Of a stretch of 64,000 nucleotides of DNA, positions 1 to 11,084 are shown piece after piece. This stretch comes from Malacoraja senta (taxonomy: Eukaryota): contig CM075993.1 of assembly GCA_038087875.1 (NCBI GenBank), positions 1,242,001 through 1,306,000 on the forward strand, given 5' to 3'. The first letter of the stretch is position 1, and each line of letters begins with the position of its first letter. Position numbers and translations under genes: made by a program. The notes under the pieces were generated by a model that saw only the letters and a list, made by a program, of their open reading frames with translations, did not search any database and had not been told where the DNA came from.

Positions 1-1459
1 CAGTGGGAAAATGTTCTACTGTCTACTCCTCCTATCCCTCACAAGGTCTTACAAACATCTCCATCGGGTCTCTTCCCACCCTCTGACGCTCCAGAGAAAG
101 CAATTCAAACCTGTCCAACCTTTCCTGATAATTAATACTCTTTAATCCAGGCAACTTCTTGGTGAACCCCTCCCTTCCCCCCCCCCCCCCCTCCCTTCCA
201 AAGCCTCCACATCCTGTCTATAATGCAACAACCAGAAAGGCACACAGGTCTCCAAATGATAACCAAAGTTATCATCGAGTCACACAACACTTCCCAAGAT
301 GCTTCCATATAATGTGAAAGTCCTACCCTGGTTTGACTTCCTAAAATGCAACACCTCACACTGTATCTGAATTAAACTCCATTTGTCATTCCTCAGCCCA
401 CTTATCCATCCCTCTGTGATTCCTGATAACGGTACCTCTGTAGTGTATGTAATAATGTATATAATGGTAACTATAATTTAAAGAAGTGAGTAGCAGGATG
501 GTGTGATTTGTGTCATGTGATATATTCATTATCTTGTCAGTCCCATGAATATGTATGAACATGCGCAGTGTACTTTTATAAAATAAAGAAGACCCACACT
601 GGCAACAGCGTGGACTGAAAACCTGTGCTTTGTTTTCTATCTACATGCTGCTGCCGTAATATCTTACAACCACCTATTTTAGTGACATCTGCAAAAGGCA
701 TCAGTCACGTAACTATACCTATATGCCCCATGTTTAGTCCAGATAATGAAAAAGCAAGAATAAGACATCTACATGACTGGCAAGATGGATTTTGACCTCG
801 GATACCATTTGCAGCAAAGCTAGCCAAACATCAATCAAACATCAAACAATGATTGTGGAACAAGCTACCAGAGGAAGTCGTTGAGGCAGGGACTATCCCA
901 ATGTTTAAGAAACAGTTATAGACAGGCACATGGATAAGACAGATTTGGAGAGATATGGGCCAAATGCAGGCAGGTGGAACTAGTGTAGCTGGGACACGTT
1001 TCCACACTGTATCACTCTAAGTAGTAAATGCAATTGATCAGTTTGTCCTAGCAGAGGGCACAAACTAACTGTGGAACCCTGTTGAACACCATTGAAGCCA
1101 GCTGCAATAACACAAAAGAATGCTTGGAGTTTTAAATAAATACTACATGTGGAATAAAGAACATGACAAATTCCTATAAAATATTACAAGAGCAGACAGC
1201 AATTTGAGCAATCTAATTTTCACATTCCTTTCAAAGACAGACAGACCAAGGACCAGGAAATTAAAGACAGCAATTTCATTCAGGTCAATGAAAATTTAGC
1301 CTCCTGTTGAAAATGAAATTTATCATAATTGTTGTTATAATGAAACAAATGTAGATATTATATTTCTTTTAATCAGTTATATTTCTATTAAACATTTCAA
1401 CATTTAATATTGCCACCACAGAAAAGCTGATTATGAAGTCATGTTTCCCATTCACAGAA

Positions 1460-1653
1460 GATAAGACACAGAATGCTGGAGTAACTAAGCGGGACAGGCA
1501 GCATTTCTGGAGAGAAGAAATGGGTGACGTTTCGGGTCGAGACCCTTCTTCAGACTTCATCTCTCCAGAGATGCTGCCTGTCCCAAATGAGTTCCTCCAG
1601 CATTTTGTGTCTATCTTCGGTTTAAACCAGCATCTGCAGTTCCTTCCTACACA
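1460..1653. mobile_element. Fold-back PLE terminal-repeat insertion
   Basis: Inverted arms; 16-bp TSD TTTCCCATTCACAGAA (1444-1459 and 1654-1669). Confidence 0.9.
1526..1553 (-). ncRNA. Minimal type I hammerhead ribozyme core (PLE-associated)
   Basis: Minus strand CTGAAGA-A-GGGTC-TC-GACCC-GAAAC-GTC: CUGANGA box, stem II, GAAA box and GUC triplet. Confidence 0.75.
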
Positions 1654-1709
1654 TTTCCCATTCACAGAATACGCAACATTGTAGTCCATTCTACTGTATT
1701 TTATGTTAC

Positions 1710-1799
1710 CTCAGATAATTTATAGGGTAGGATAAGTCTTTCTCCAACTGTCACAGTCTTCCGGGTGGTCAGTGCATCAAAAAGTGTCTCCTCTTTAAC
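1710..1799 (-). CDS. MYO9A: Myosin IXa coding exon (exon 9); gene continues past window start
   Basis: 90 nt; VKEETLFDALTTRKTVTVGERLILPYKLSE; aactag|GTT ... GAG|gtaaca. Confidence 0.95.
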
Positions 1800-1960
1800 C
1801 TAGTTTAAGAACAGTGTTTATCAAAGTGAGTAGCATAATGTAGACTTCACTATTGGCAGCAATCATGGCACTCGAGCTATTAATACACATTTGAGTCCTC
1901 TTCTGTAATGTGTTTACTTTATATTTATGATGTTACTTGATCAAGATGTATTTGACATGG

Positions 1961-2090
1961 TAATCTTTCTCCCAACTTCAGAGGTAAACCTCATCTCTAA
2001 TTAAACTTAATGTTGTCTTTCCTATAGCAGGGATTAGCATATTTTACAGCATTAATCTTTCTTCCAACTTCAGAGGTAAACCTCGTCTCT
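1961..2090. repeat. 38-bp direct repeat, two copies 92 bp apart
   Basis: TAATCTTTCT(C/T)CCAACTTCAGAGGTAAACCTC(A/G)TCTCT at 1961-1998 and 2053-2090. Confidence 0.9.
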
Positions 2091-2314
2091 CTATTTGTAA
2101 TCCCTGTTCGGAGGTTTTTATTTTCTTCTGCAGGGTTACAAATAAGAAACTCAGATGCAAACTATCCTAGATGCGATTGTCTAGAATTGGCTTTTTGTAC
2201 ATCCCAATTGAAACCAATTCAACAATGAATGTCATGCCGTCAGTAGCAAAGACTCAAACATCTAGAATTCCTTTCTCTTCTACCTATTCACCATCTTCCA
2301 AATCATTCCATACA

Positions 2315-2848
2315 GGTTTTTGAAGGTTTATAGGACTTTGGTTGGGCTATTTGGATTATTGCATGCAGTTGTGGTCACCACATTACTGGAAGGATGTGGA
2401 GGATTTGGAAAGGTTGCAGAAGCTTGCCAGAATTATGTCTTGGCGAGAGGGAGAGACTTGGATTGTTCTTTTTCCAAGAACATTGGAGGTTGCGGGGAGA
2501 CCTGACAGCGGTACTTACAATTATGAGAGGCATAGATAGGTTAGAGAGTCCTAACCTTTTACCCCAAGATGGGAAAATCAAATACCAGAAGGCATAGTTT
2601 TACAGGGAGGGTGGCAATTTTAAGGAGATGTGCCAGGCAAGTTTTGTTTACACAGAAGATGGCGAGTGCCTGGAACATGCTGCCAGGGGTGGTGGTTCAG
2701 GAAGATATGATAGAGACATTTAGGAGACTTTTAGGGAATGGGAGACATGGATTAAATGCAGGTAGATAGGAATTAGTCTTGGCATCATGTTCAGCATGGA
2801 CATTGTGAGCTGAAAGTTCCTCTGCTGTACTGTTCTATATTCCGTATC
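2315..2848 (+). mobile_element. Older degenerate CR1 3' fragment
   Basis: Frameshifted LDYCMQLWSPHYWKDV and SAWNMLPG motifs; CR1-like tail. Confidence 0.8.
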
Positions 2849-3209
2849 TAACATCACCACGTGCAGCTTGGTGTTAAATAGTGTTTACTTTCCCTTCTGT
2901 GAAATACTTTGGAATATTTCATTACATTGGAAACACTAAATAAACACAAACTGCTCTTCTTGTATTTGATGATTACCTTCCACTATTTTCACCCATTGCC
3001 AGTAATGAGGACGTACACATTTTAGTGGGCAAGAAAAACTGCTCAGAAGCCAAACAATGGGCAAATCAGAGAGCATTTCTGCAAAAGTTTCAAAGAACCT
3101 CAAATGAACTTGCACCACATTTTAAATAGGAATTAATTCATCAAAAGAACAAAATTGCCCTCAAATTCTACACAGTAAAATTAGTAGAATTGTTGACTGG
3201 ATTCACTAC

Positions 3210-3336
3210 CTCCAGAAGTTCTGAGACAATGGGTAACACCTCTGGATTACAGATGTCAATGGAATCGTCACGATAGGACTTCTTTTTGTATTTTATATTC
3301 CCAACGTGCAATATTGCAGATAGAAGAGAAAAAATT
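3210..3336 (-). CDS. MYO9A: Myosin IXa coding exon (exon 8)
   Basis: 127 nt; IFSLLSAILHVGNIKYKKKSYRDDSIDICNPEVLPIVSELLE; ttacag|A ... GAG|gtagtg. Confidence 0.96.
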
Positions 3337-3781
3337 CTGTAAATAAAACATAAATAAAATAAAATCATATTCAGGATACATTTCTGTCTTAGAATTCAAA
3401 AGAATAGTAGGTCCTGGACTCAAAGCACATAAATCACCCCCTGGATTTCACCAATGTTGCTCTGCATCATTTTCAAGAGAATGACAGCAGGTTACTGGAA
3501 CATTTGAGCTCACACACACACACACTTCTCTCTGCCGAAGTAACTTGACTTTCCCCAACCCGGGGTAACATCGTCATCGATGTAAACGATATGCAACTCA
3601 GTGGAGATCACCTAATACAACATGGTACAAGACTGAGGCTTTGAGAAATCATGAAAAATAGACATGGTCTCCAGCATATAAATGCTCCAGTTAAAACCAC
3701 AATCTCAAGTTATTTTTAAATATTTAATATCTGCCTCGACAATACATAATCAAGTTGTGTATTTCCGGCCAATCAACTCAC

Positions 3782-3879
3782 CGATTCCGTGTTTTAGGCA
3801 GAAATCCAACCATCTCCATTGCCAGCTGTAAGCGCTCAAAGTCGTGTTTCAGATCCTCCCCCTCAACTATAAAACTGTC
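3782..3879 (-). CDS. MYO9A: Myosin IXa coding exon (exon 7)
   Basis: 98 nt; [32 protein letters not shown](R); cagcag|GAC ... CG|gtgagt. Confidence 0.95.
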
Positions 3880-4395
3880 CTGCTGAATTTAGATCAAACA
3901 ATTTCCAGTTAGACAATATTATATACAAGTGCTACAATCAATTGTCACCCCTCCTCCTAGAAGTCACTGGCTCCTTCCTGGAGTATCGTTTCACATATAT
4001 TAGTTGCCATCACTTGAAATTGGCTATTACTTAGGTAAGAGCCTTGACGTTGAGCCTGATACATTGTCTGACTGCAAAGAACAATATTATTATCATCCAT
4101 TATAGATATTTGCAGAAAATCAGAAATAGAAGCAACACTGATTGTGGACCCCCTCCAATTGCCCCAACACACCAGTCTTCAAACTTTATGCCATAAATTC
4201 ACAGCTCTCAGTGTATAGATCAAGAACTGTACTTGTCTAAAAAAAACAGTTTTGATTGTTATTTGCCCGAATACTTTCAGAAATCAATAGGATCTCAGCC
4301 TATCAACAAAAGGCCCCAAATCCAACAGGAGCCAGTATCTGAAGTTTACTTAACTACTCATACAAAGAGATTGAATTTCACAAACGGTCATCTTA

Positions 4396-4704
4396 AAGCC
4401 CTGTCCCACTGTACGAGTTCATTCAAAGAGTTCTCCCGAGTTTGCCCTGATTCGAACTCGGAGATTTACGGTAATGGCCGCTCGTCGGTACTCGGGGTTC
4501 TCGTGGACATTTTTCAACATGTTGAAAAATCTTCAGGAGTCTTCCCGAACTTACCGAGTACCTGCCGTTAGCGTTACGAGCCGCTAAGAGACGTCCCCGA
4601 GCTCCGACGTACCCGCTACGTTCATTCTACGTGCTTCCCACGAGTTTTTTTTAAATTTTACTCGGGAGAGCACTTGAATGAACTCGTACAGTTGGACTGG
4701 GCCA
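4396..4704. mobile_element. MITE with ~45-50 bp terminal inverted repeats, probably PIF/Harbinger-type
   Basis: Left GCCCTGTCCCACTGTACGAGTTCATTCAA..TCTCCCGAGT matches the reverse complement of the right end; flanked by TTA/TTA; CpG-rich interior. Confidence 0.8.
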
Positions 4705-5280
4705 TTAAGATTCGTCCAGGTCCATCAACAAATGTTTGATGCACTGAGAGCAAATTAGAGCAGTAATGTAAAATTTGGATTACAGAGCATTAGCTATAAC
4801 ATGCTAGAAGAACATGCTGCCAGGAATGATGGTGGAGGCAAATATGAAAGGAGCATTTAAGAGGCACTTAGATAAGCACATGAGTAGGCACAAAATGGAG
4901 GGATATGGATTACGTGTAGGCAGAAGAGATTAACTTGGTATCATGATCGGCACAAACATTGTGAGCCGAAACTGTGCTGGACTGCTTTATGTTCTATGCA
5001 TCCAAGGGAGGACTTTTGGAAGTTAATTCATGCACCATAATTATTCCTATCTAATCAGTGCCCAATATAAAGGAGCTGAAACAGCATGCTCTAAACATAC
5101 ACCTGGAATTCTGTCTGCTCAAAACCAAAGTGATTAAGCTGTTGAGAGGGCAGAAAAGATTCAGAAGGATGTTTCTGGGATTGGAGTTATGACAAGAGAA
5201 TGGATAGGCTGGGACTATTTTCTGTGGAGTAAAGGCGGCTGAGGTTTATGAAATCATGAGTGGCATAGATACCGTGGATG

Positions 5281-5449
5281 TTTAAGAAGGAACTGCAGAT
5301 GCTGGAAAATCAAAGGTACACAAAAATGCTGGAGAAACTCAGCGGGTGAGGCAGTCTGAAGAAGGGTCTCAACCCGAAACGTTGCCTATTTCCTTTGCTC
5401 CATAGATGCTGCCTCACCCGCTGAGTTTCTCCAGCATTTTTGTCTCCCT
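5281..5449. mobile_element. Fold-back PLE terminal-repeat insertion nested in an old CR1 fragment
   Basis: 15-bp TSD TAGATACCGTG(G/A)ATG (5266-5280 and 5450-5464); hammerhead core at 5356-5383. Confidence 0.88.
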
Positions 5450-5777
5450 TAGATACCGTGAATGATCACAGGCTTTTTTCTACTGTAGGGGAGTTTAGGT
5501 TTAAGATGAGAGGGAAAAGATTTAAAGGGGACGTAAGTGGGCAATGTTTTTCAACAAAGGTGATGGATATATGCATTTAATGTGATAGAGGCAGGTACAA
5601 TTATAATGTTTAAAAGGCATTTTGAGAGGTTCATGAAAAACAAAAGTTTAGAGAGTTGTGGATCAAATATTTGCAACTACAACTGGCTCTGGAAGGCATG
5701 TACGAGTTGGAACGAAATTCTTATTTCTGTGTAAATGACTCTATTTGCGGTATATGAGGCAACTACCCTTGGACAAA

Positions 5778-7086
5778 TCATTGGACAAAGTCAGCATGGA
5801 TTTACGAAAGGTAAATCATGTCTGATGAATCTTATAGAATTTTTCGAGGATGTAACTAGTAGCGTGGATAGGGGAGAACCAGTGGATGTGGTGTATCTGG
5901 ACTTCCAGAAGGCTTTCGACAAGGTCCCACATAAGAGATTAGTATACAAACTTAAAGCACATGGCATTGGGGGTTCAGTATTGATGTGGATAGAGAACTG
6001 GCTGGCAAACAGGAAGCAAAGAGTAGGAGTAAACGGGTCCTTTTCACAATGGCAGGCAGTGACTAGTGGGGTACCGCAAGGCTCAGTGCTGGGACCCCAG
6101 CTATTTACAATATATATTAATGATCTGGATGAGGGAATTGAAGGCAATATCTCCAAGTTTGCGGATGACACTAAGCTGGGGGGCAGTGTTAGCTGTGAGG
6201 AGGATGCTAGGAGACTGCAAGGTGACTTGGATAGGCTGGGTGAGTGGGCAAATGTTTGGCAGATGCAGTATAATGTGGATAAATGTGAGGTTATCCATTT
6301 TGGTGGCAAAAACAGGAAAACAGACTGTTATCTAAATGGTGGCCGACTAGGAAAAGGGGAGATGCAGCGAGACCTGGGTGTCATGGAACACCAGTCATTG
6401 AAAGTAGGCATGCAGGTGCAGCAGGCAGTGAAGAAAGCGAATGGTATGTTAGCTTTCATAGCAAAAGGATTTGAGTATAGGAGCAGGGTGGTTCTACTGC
6501 AGTTGTACAGGGTCTTGGTGAGACTACACCTGGAGTATTGCGTACAGTTTTGGTCTCCAAATCTGAGGAAGGACATTATTGCCATAGAGGGAGTGCAGAG
6601 AGGGTTCACCAGACTGATTCCTGGGATGTCAGGACTGTCTTATGAAGAAAGACTGGATAGACTTGGTTTATACTCTCTAGAATTTAGGAGATTGAGAGGG
6701 GATCTTATAGAAACTTACAAAATTCTTAAGGGGTTGGACAGGCTAGATGCAGGAAGATTGCTCCCGATGTTGGGGAAGTCCAGGACAAGGGGTCACAGCT
6801 TAAGGATAAGGGGGAAATCCTTTAAAACCGAGATGAGAAGAACTTTTTTCACACAGAGAGTGGTGAATCTCTGGAACTCTCTGCCACAGAGGGTAGTCGA
6901 GGCCAGTTCATTGGCTATATTTAAGAGGGAGTTAGATGTGGCCCTTGTGGCTAAAGGGATCAGAGGGTATGGAGAGAAGGCACGTACGGGATACTGAGTT
7001 GGATGATCAGCCATGATCATATTGAATGGCGGTGCAAGCTCGAAGGGCCGAATGGCCTACTCCTGCACCTAATTTCTATGTTTCTA
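5778..7086 (+). mobile_element. CR1-clade LINE, 5'-truncated young copy with uninterrupted reverse transcriptase C-terminal ORF
   Basis: QHGFTKGKSC..VYLDFQKAFDKVPH..GVPQGSVLGP..KFADDTKL, open to stop at 6997; short 3'UTR ending in a TTCTATG-type tail. Confidence 0.95.
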
Positions 7087-7327
7087 CACAAGATTTACGT
7101 ATGAGTCAGTAAATAAAGCAATTGCAAGGATTCATAAGGCTATTTTGGGATAGGGAAATAAGTGGAAGTAAGGGAGCGGTTCTGCTGTTACTACAATATT
7201 GGGATATAACTACTATTTTAATCAATGAGAAAAATTCCAGTGCTTGTGTAGCTTTGTTTTAATTCCATATGCTGTTGATCTTTTACAGTTAAATGTGGAT
7301 TGCCCTCATACTAAATGATAAATCTTA

Positions 7328-7725
7328 GGTAGACAAAAATGCTGGAGAAACTCATCGGGTGAGGCAGCATCTATGGAGAGAAGGAATAGGCGCATTTCGG
7401 GTCGAGACCATTCTTCAGTGACGTTGGGGGGGGCGTGAAAAAGAAAGGAAGAGGCGGAGACAGTAGGCTTGTGGCAAAGCTGGGAAGGGGGATGGGGTGG
7501 GGAAGGATGGAGAAAGCAAGGACTATCTGAAATTGGAGAAGTCAATGTTCATACCGCTGGGGTGTAAACTACCCAAGTGAAATATGAGGTGTTGTTCCTC
7601 CAATTTGGGCTGGACCTCACTCTGGCAATGGAGGAGGCCCAGGACAGAAAGGTCAGATTCAGAATGGGAGGGGGAGTTGAAGTGCTGAGCCAGCGGGAGA
7701 TCAGGTTGGTTATTGCGAACTGAGT
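7328..7725 (-). mobile_element. Penelope-like element 3' fragment
   Basis: SVRNNQPDLPLAQHFNSPSHSESDLSVLGL..KLEEQHLIFHLGSLHPSGMNIDFSNF plus terminal repeat. Confidence 0.88.
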
Positions 7726-9282
7726 CAGTTCGCAATCTTCAAAATCAAAATCAAAGTAATCAAAATCTTGATTAATGATGGCTAAACATATTCCTGTAAT
7801 ATGGTGACAAAGAGGAACTGTTAGATAATTCTGGGCAAACCACAAAGAACAAATCCACAAAAACAGCGAGGGAAAGCCATGCACACCTGCATTTGTTACA
7901 GTAGCATACATTTATGTATAAAGAAGCGTCTGAAGAAGGGTCTCGACCCAAAACGTCACTTATTCCTTTTCTCCTGTGATGCTCTCTGACCCACTGAGTT
8001 ACTCCAGCTTTTTGTGTCTATCTTGGGTTTAATCCAGCATCTGCAGTTCCTTCTTACACAATTATGTTCCGGATGTTAGCCCAGTATTTGAGGGGCTGCA
8101 CAAGTACTGAGCTCTCAGCTAAATGATGAAACAGTTCGCTTGATGTCATCAACTACGAGTACTTCCTTTTGGGTCAACTTAAAGGTATTAAATTGGCAGT
8201 GCATGAGGGGGTAGTTCATGGTGGGAGCTCAAACAGACAAATAGATCTAATGAGCCCCTCTATGCAGACAGAGAGAGAGTCGGACAAAGAGTTTTCTCAG
8301 GTAGGCAGACAAAGATGACCATAAGGAAACAAGGCAAACCAGAGTGAGGGGCAACAAGATTAGCAGGAAGGCAGTTTGGATGTGGGTGTGCAAGAAGGAA
8401 ATGCGGATGCTGGTTTAAACCAAAGATAGACACAAAAAGCTGGAATAACTCGGCGGGACAGGCAGCATGTCTGGAGAGAAGGAATGGGTGACGTTTTGGG
8501 TCGAGACCCTTCTTCAGACTGAATGTGGATTGGATCTTCAGGTTGGACCCGAAACATCACCCATTCCATCTCTCTAGAGATGCTGCCTGTCGTGCTGAGT
8601 TACTCAAGCATATTGTGTCTATATTCAGGTTGGATGTGGGTACAGCCAAGCAAGCAGTTCCATGCTGCAATTTGAATACATTGTATAGCGATTCATTTAA
8701 TTGCAGAGTTAAGCTCATTCTACAAAGTTAGAGGTACTGTGCTTCAGAGGGGTTTAATTAAAGATAAAATAAAATGACAGGATTAGTATTGTGGAAGGAT
8801 GAGACCAAACAAGCCTTCTTAATTACAAGTGATCATGTGGTATCTCATTAAATGATACCAACTGGAGATTTAACATCAATGATCAAAGCTCATAAAAGGC
8901 TTGACAGAAAGATCTTCAAATAGATACACTGCACCACTGTCAAATGTGATTTTCCTCATGTAATCATTTATTCATGGTGATTTTGCTTTTTGCAAAAGAT
9001 GGGATGAAGAAATGTGCTGAATTTATAAACTGACTTGCATGGTTGCGCATGTTGGCTGTGGAGGGGAGAGGGAGGGGGCTTTTTATAATACTAGATTCGT
9101 AATGATTAAATTCATAAAGATAACCACAGCTTTGAAAAGATGACAGCACATATATTACATCGGGTCAGACATCTGACTTGCTAGGCTTGTTAAATGATAT
9201 AAACTATTCCTGAGATCAGTCACTGGACAAAATGGATCGCCACAAAAATGTCTGAATTTACACACACTTTACAAATTCACAG

Positions 9283-9912
9283 GCGACGCCACCATTGTGG
9301 GCCAGACATCAAATAACGCTGAGTGGAAGTACAGGAAGGAGATTGAGAACCTCGGGTCCTAGTGTCGAGACAACAACCTTTCTCTCAATGTCAGCAAGAC
9401 AAAGGAGATAGTGGTCCATCCAGGACTGCAAGAAATTGCAGCGAATTGTGGAAGCAGCCCAGACCATCACACAAACCAATCTCCCTTCCATTGACTCCAT
9501 TTATACCTCATGCTGCCTCAGCAAGGCCAGCAGCATAATCAAGGACAAATTGCACCCTGGCCACTTCCTCTTCTCTCCTCTCCCATCGGGCAAAAGATAT
9601 AGAGGTGTGAAAATGCACACCTCCAGATTGAGGGACAGTTTCTTCCCAGCTGTTATCAGGCAACTGAACTAACCTACCGCAACCAGAGAACAGTCCTGAA
9701 CTACGATCTACCTCATCAGGGACCCTCGAAATATCTTTGATTGGACTTTACTTGCTTTACTTTGCACTATACGTTATTCCCTTATCATGTATCTGTACAC
9801 TTGAATGGCTCGATTGTAATCATGTATTGTCTTTCTGCTGACTGGTTTGAACGCAACAAAAGCTTTTCACTGTACCTCCGTACACGTGACAATAAACTGA
9901 CCTGAAACTGAA
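9283..9912 (+). mobile_element. Rex/Babar-like LINE 3' fragment with internal deletion near 9413
   Basis: LSLNVSKTKEIV joined to LQRIVEAAQTI..HPGHFLFSPLPSGKRYR..RLRDSFFP; ACTGAA-type tail. Confidence 0.85.
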
Positions 9913-10757
9913 ATACTTTGTTTCAAAAGACTTCATGCCTCAAAAGACTTAATGCAAACTCATTGCTTTTACAATGTTGCTAATTACATAAGACAGTCTT
10001 CATACATTAAGAACACACAAACAGTTAAAAGATTTTGAGAAAACATTTCTACAAATAGAGCCATATATCTATCAGTATTCATAGAGACGAGCTGAATTTA
10101 ACACTTTATAAATAACACACCCCCATTTGGTATGCAATTGTTAAAAACTGCCAAGATGACACACCTAAGCTTGGGGCTTAAACAATCTTCTGAAACAAGC
10201 ACAAAGAATAAACAAACTGCAATCTACCTTCCCCACGCAAAAACATGAATGGAATCACCAATATCCAATATTCACCAATGTCACCCATTCATTCTCTCCA
10301 GAGATGCTGCCTGTTACTCCAGCATTTTGTGTCTACCACCAATATCCAATATCTGCCTTAATCATTCCAATGCTTATATGTTCTCATAGTTGACTTAAAC
10401 TCAAATTATAGCATGTTTATTGTGGAAAGAAAGCAGAATATCCTTTTCTGAGGAACAATAAGTTAAACTTAATCGTTTTTACTCCAGATGAGTTATCTCA
10501 ATTTTAAGTGATTCTTTGATACTCATCATTTTAACTGTACAAATTATTCGGTGTTGTGATGGAATTCTGATCAAAGATCAGTTACCTGAAACACTGATTG
10601 CTTCAGCCACCACAGATAGTCTATTGCAATAATCATTTTATTGAAATATTCAATGAACCAACTGGCATATTTTGACAATTATCCGAGTGCATAACTTGAG
10701 GATGAATAGTGGTGAACTAGTATCTCACCACTGGCACGGCAAAATTTGAATACTAAC

Positions 10758-10814
10758 CGGCTCTGAATCACAGTAATAATCATCCCAATTCTGTCTGACC
10801 GGTTTCTTTGTCAT
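10758..10814 (-). CDS. MYO9A: Myosin IXa small frame-preserving exon (exon 6)
   Basis: 57 nt, phase 0-0; MTKKPVRQNWDDYYCDSEP; ttcttag|ATG ... CCG|gttagt. Confidence 0.9.
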
Positions 10815-10984
10815 CTAAGAAAACAAGGAACATTATGTTACTGCTCTAGGTACTTACAAAGCCAAGTTAGTTCAGTAATAATTGATAGAACATCAAGATC
10901 TTTGCCCTGAATGTAATATATTCTGTCTTCAATGGAACACCTGCCAAAAGTGTGGAATGCAAACAATCTGCTTTTGGAGCTGAC

Positions 10985-11084
10985 CTGGTTCAAATAGTGG
11001 TATTCCTCAGGCTTTAGCAGATGGAAACTCTTTTTCTCTTCTTCACTGGCACCTGCCAGCAGGTAGTAGAATACGTGATAGTTC
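10985..11084 (-). CDS. MYO9A: Myosin IXa coding exon (exon 5)
   Basis: 100 nt; [33 protein letters not shown]; tttcag|G ... CAG|gtcagc. Confidence 0.96.

Noticed and set aside
5791..6609. Antisense and alternative-frame ORFs over the CR1 copy
   Set aside because: Typical shadow ORFs of CR1 RT sequence, repeated at other CR1 copies such as 23289-23678
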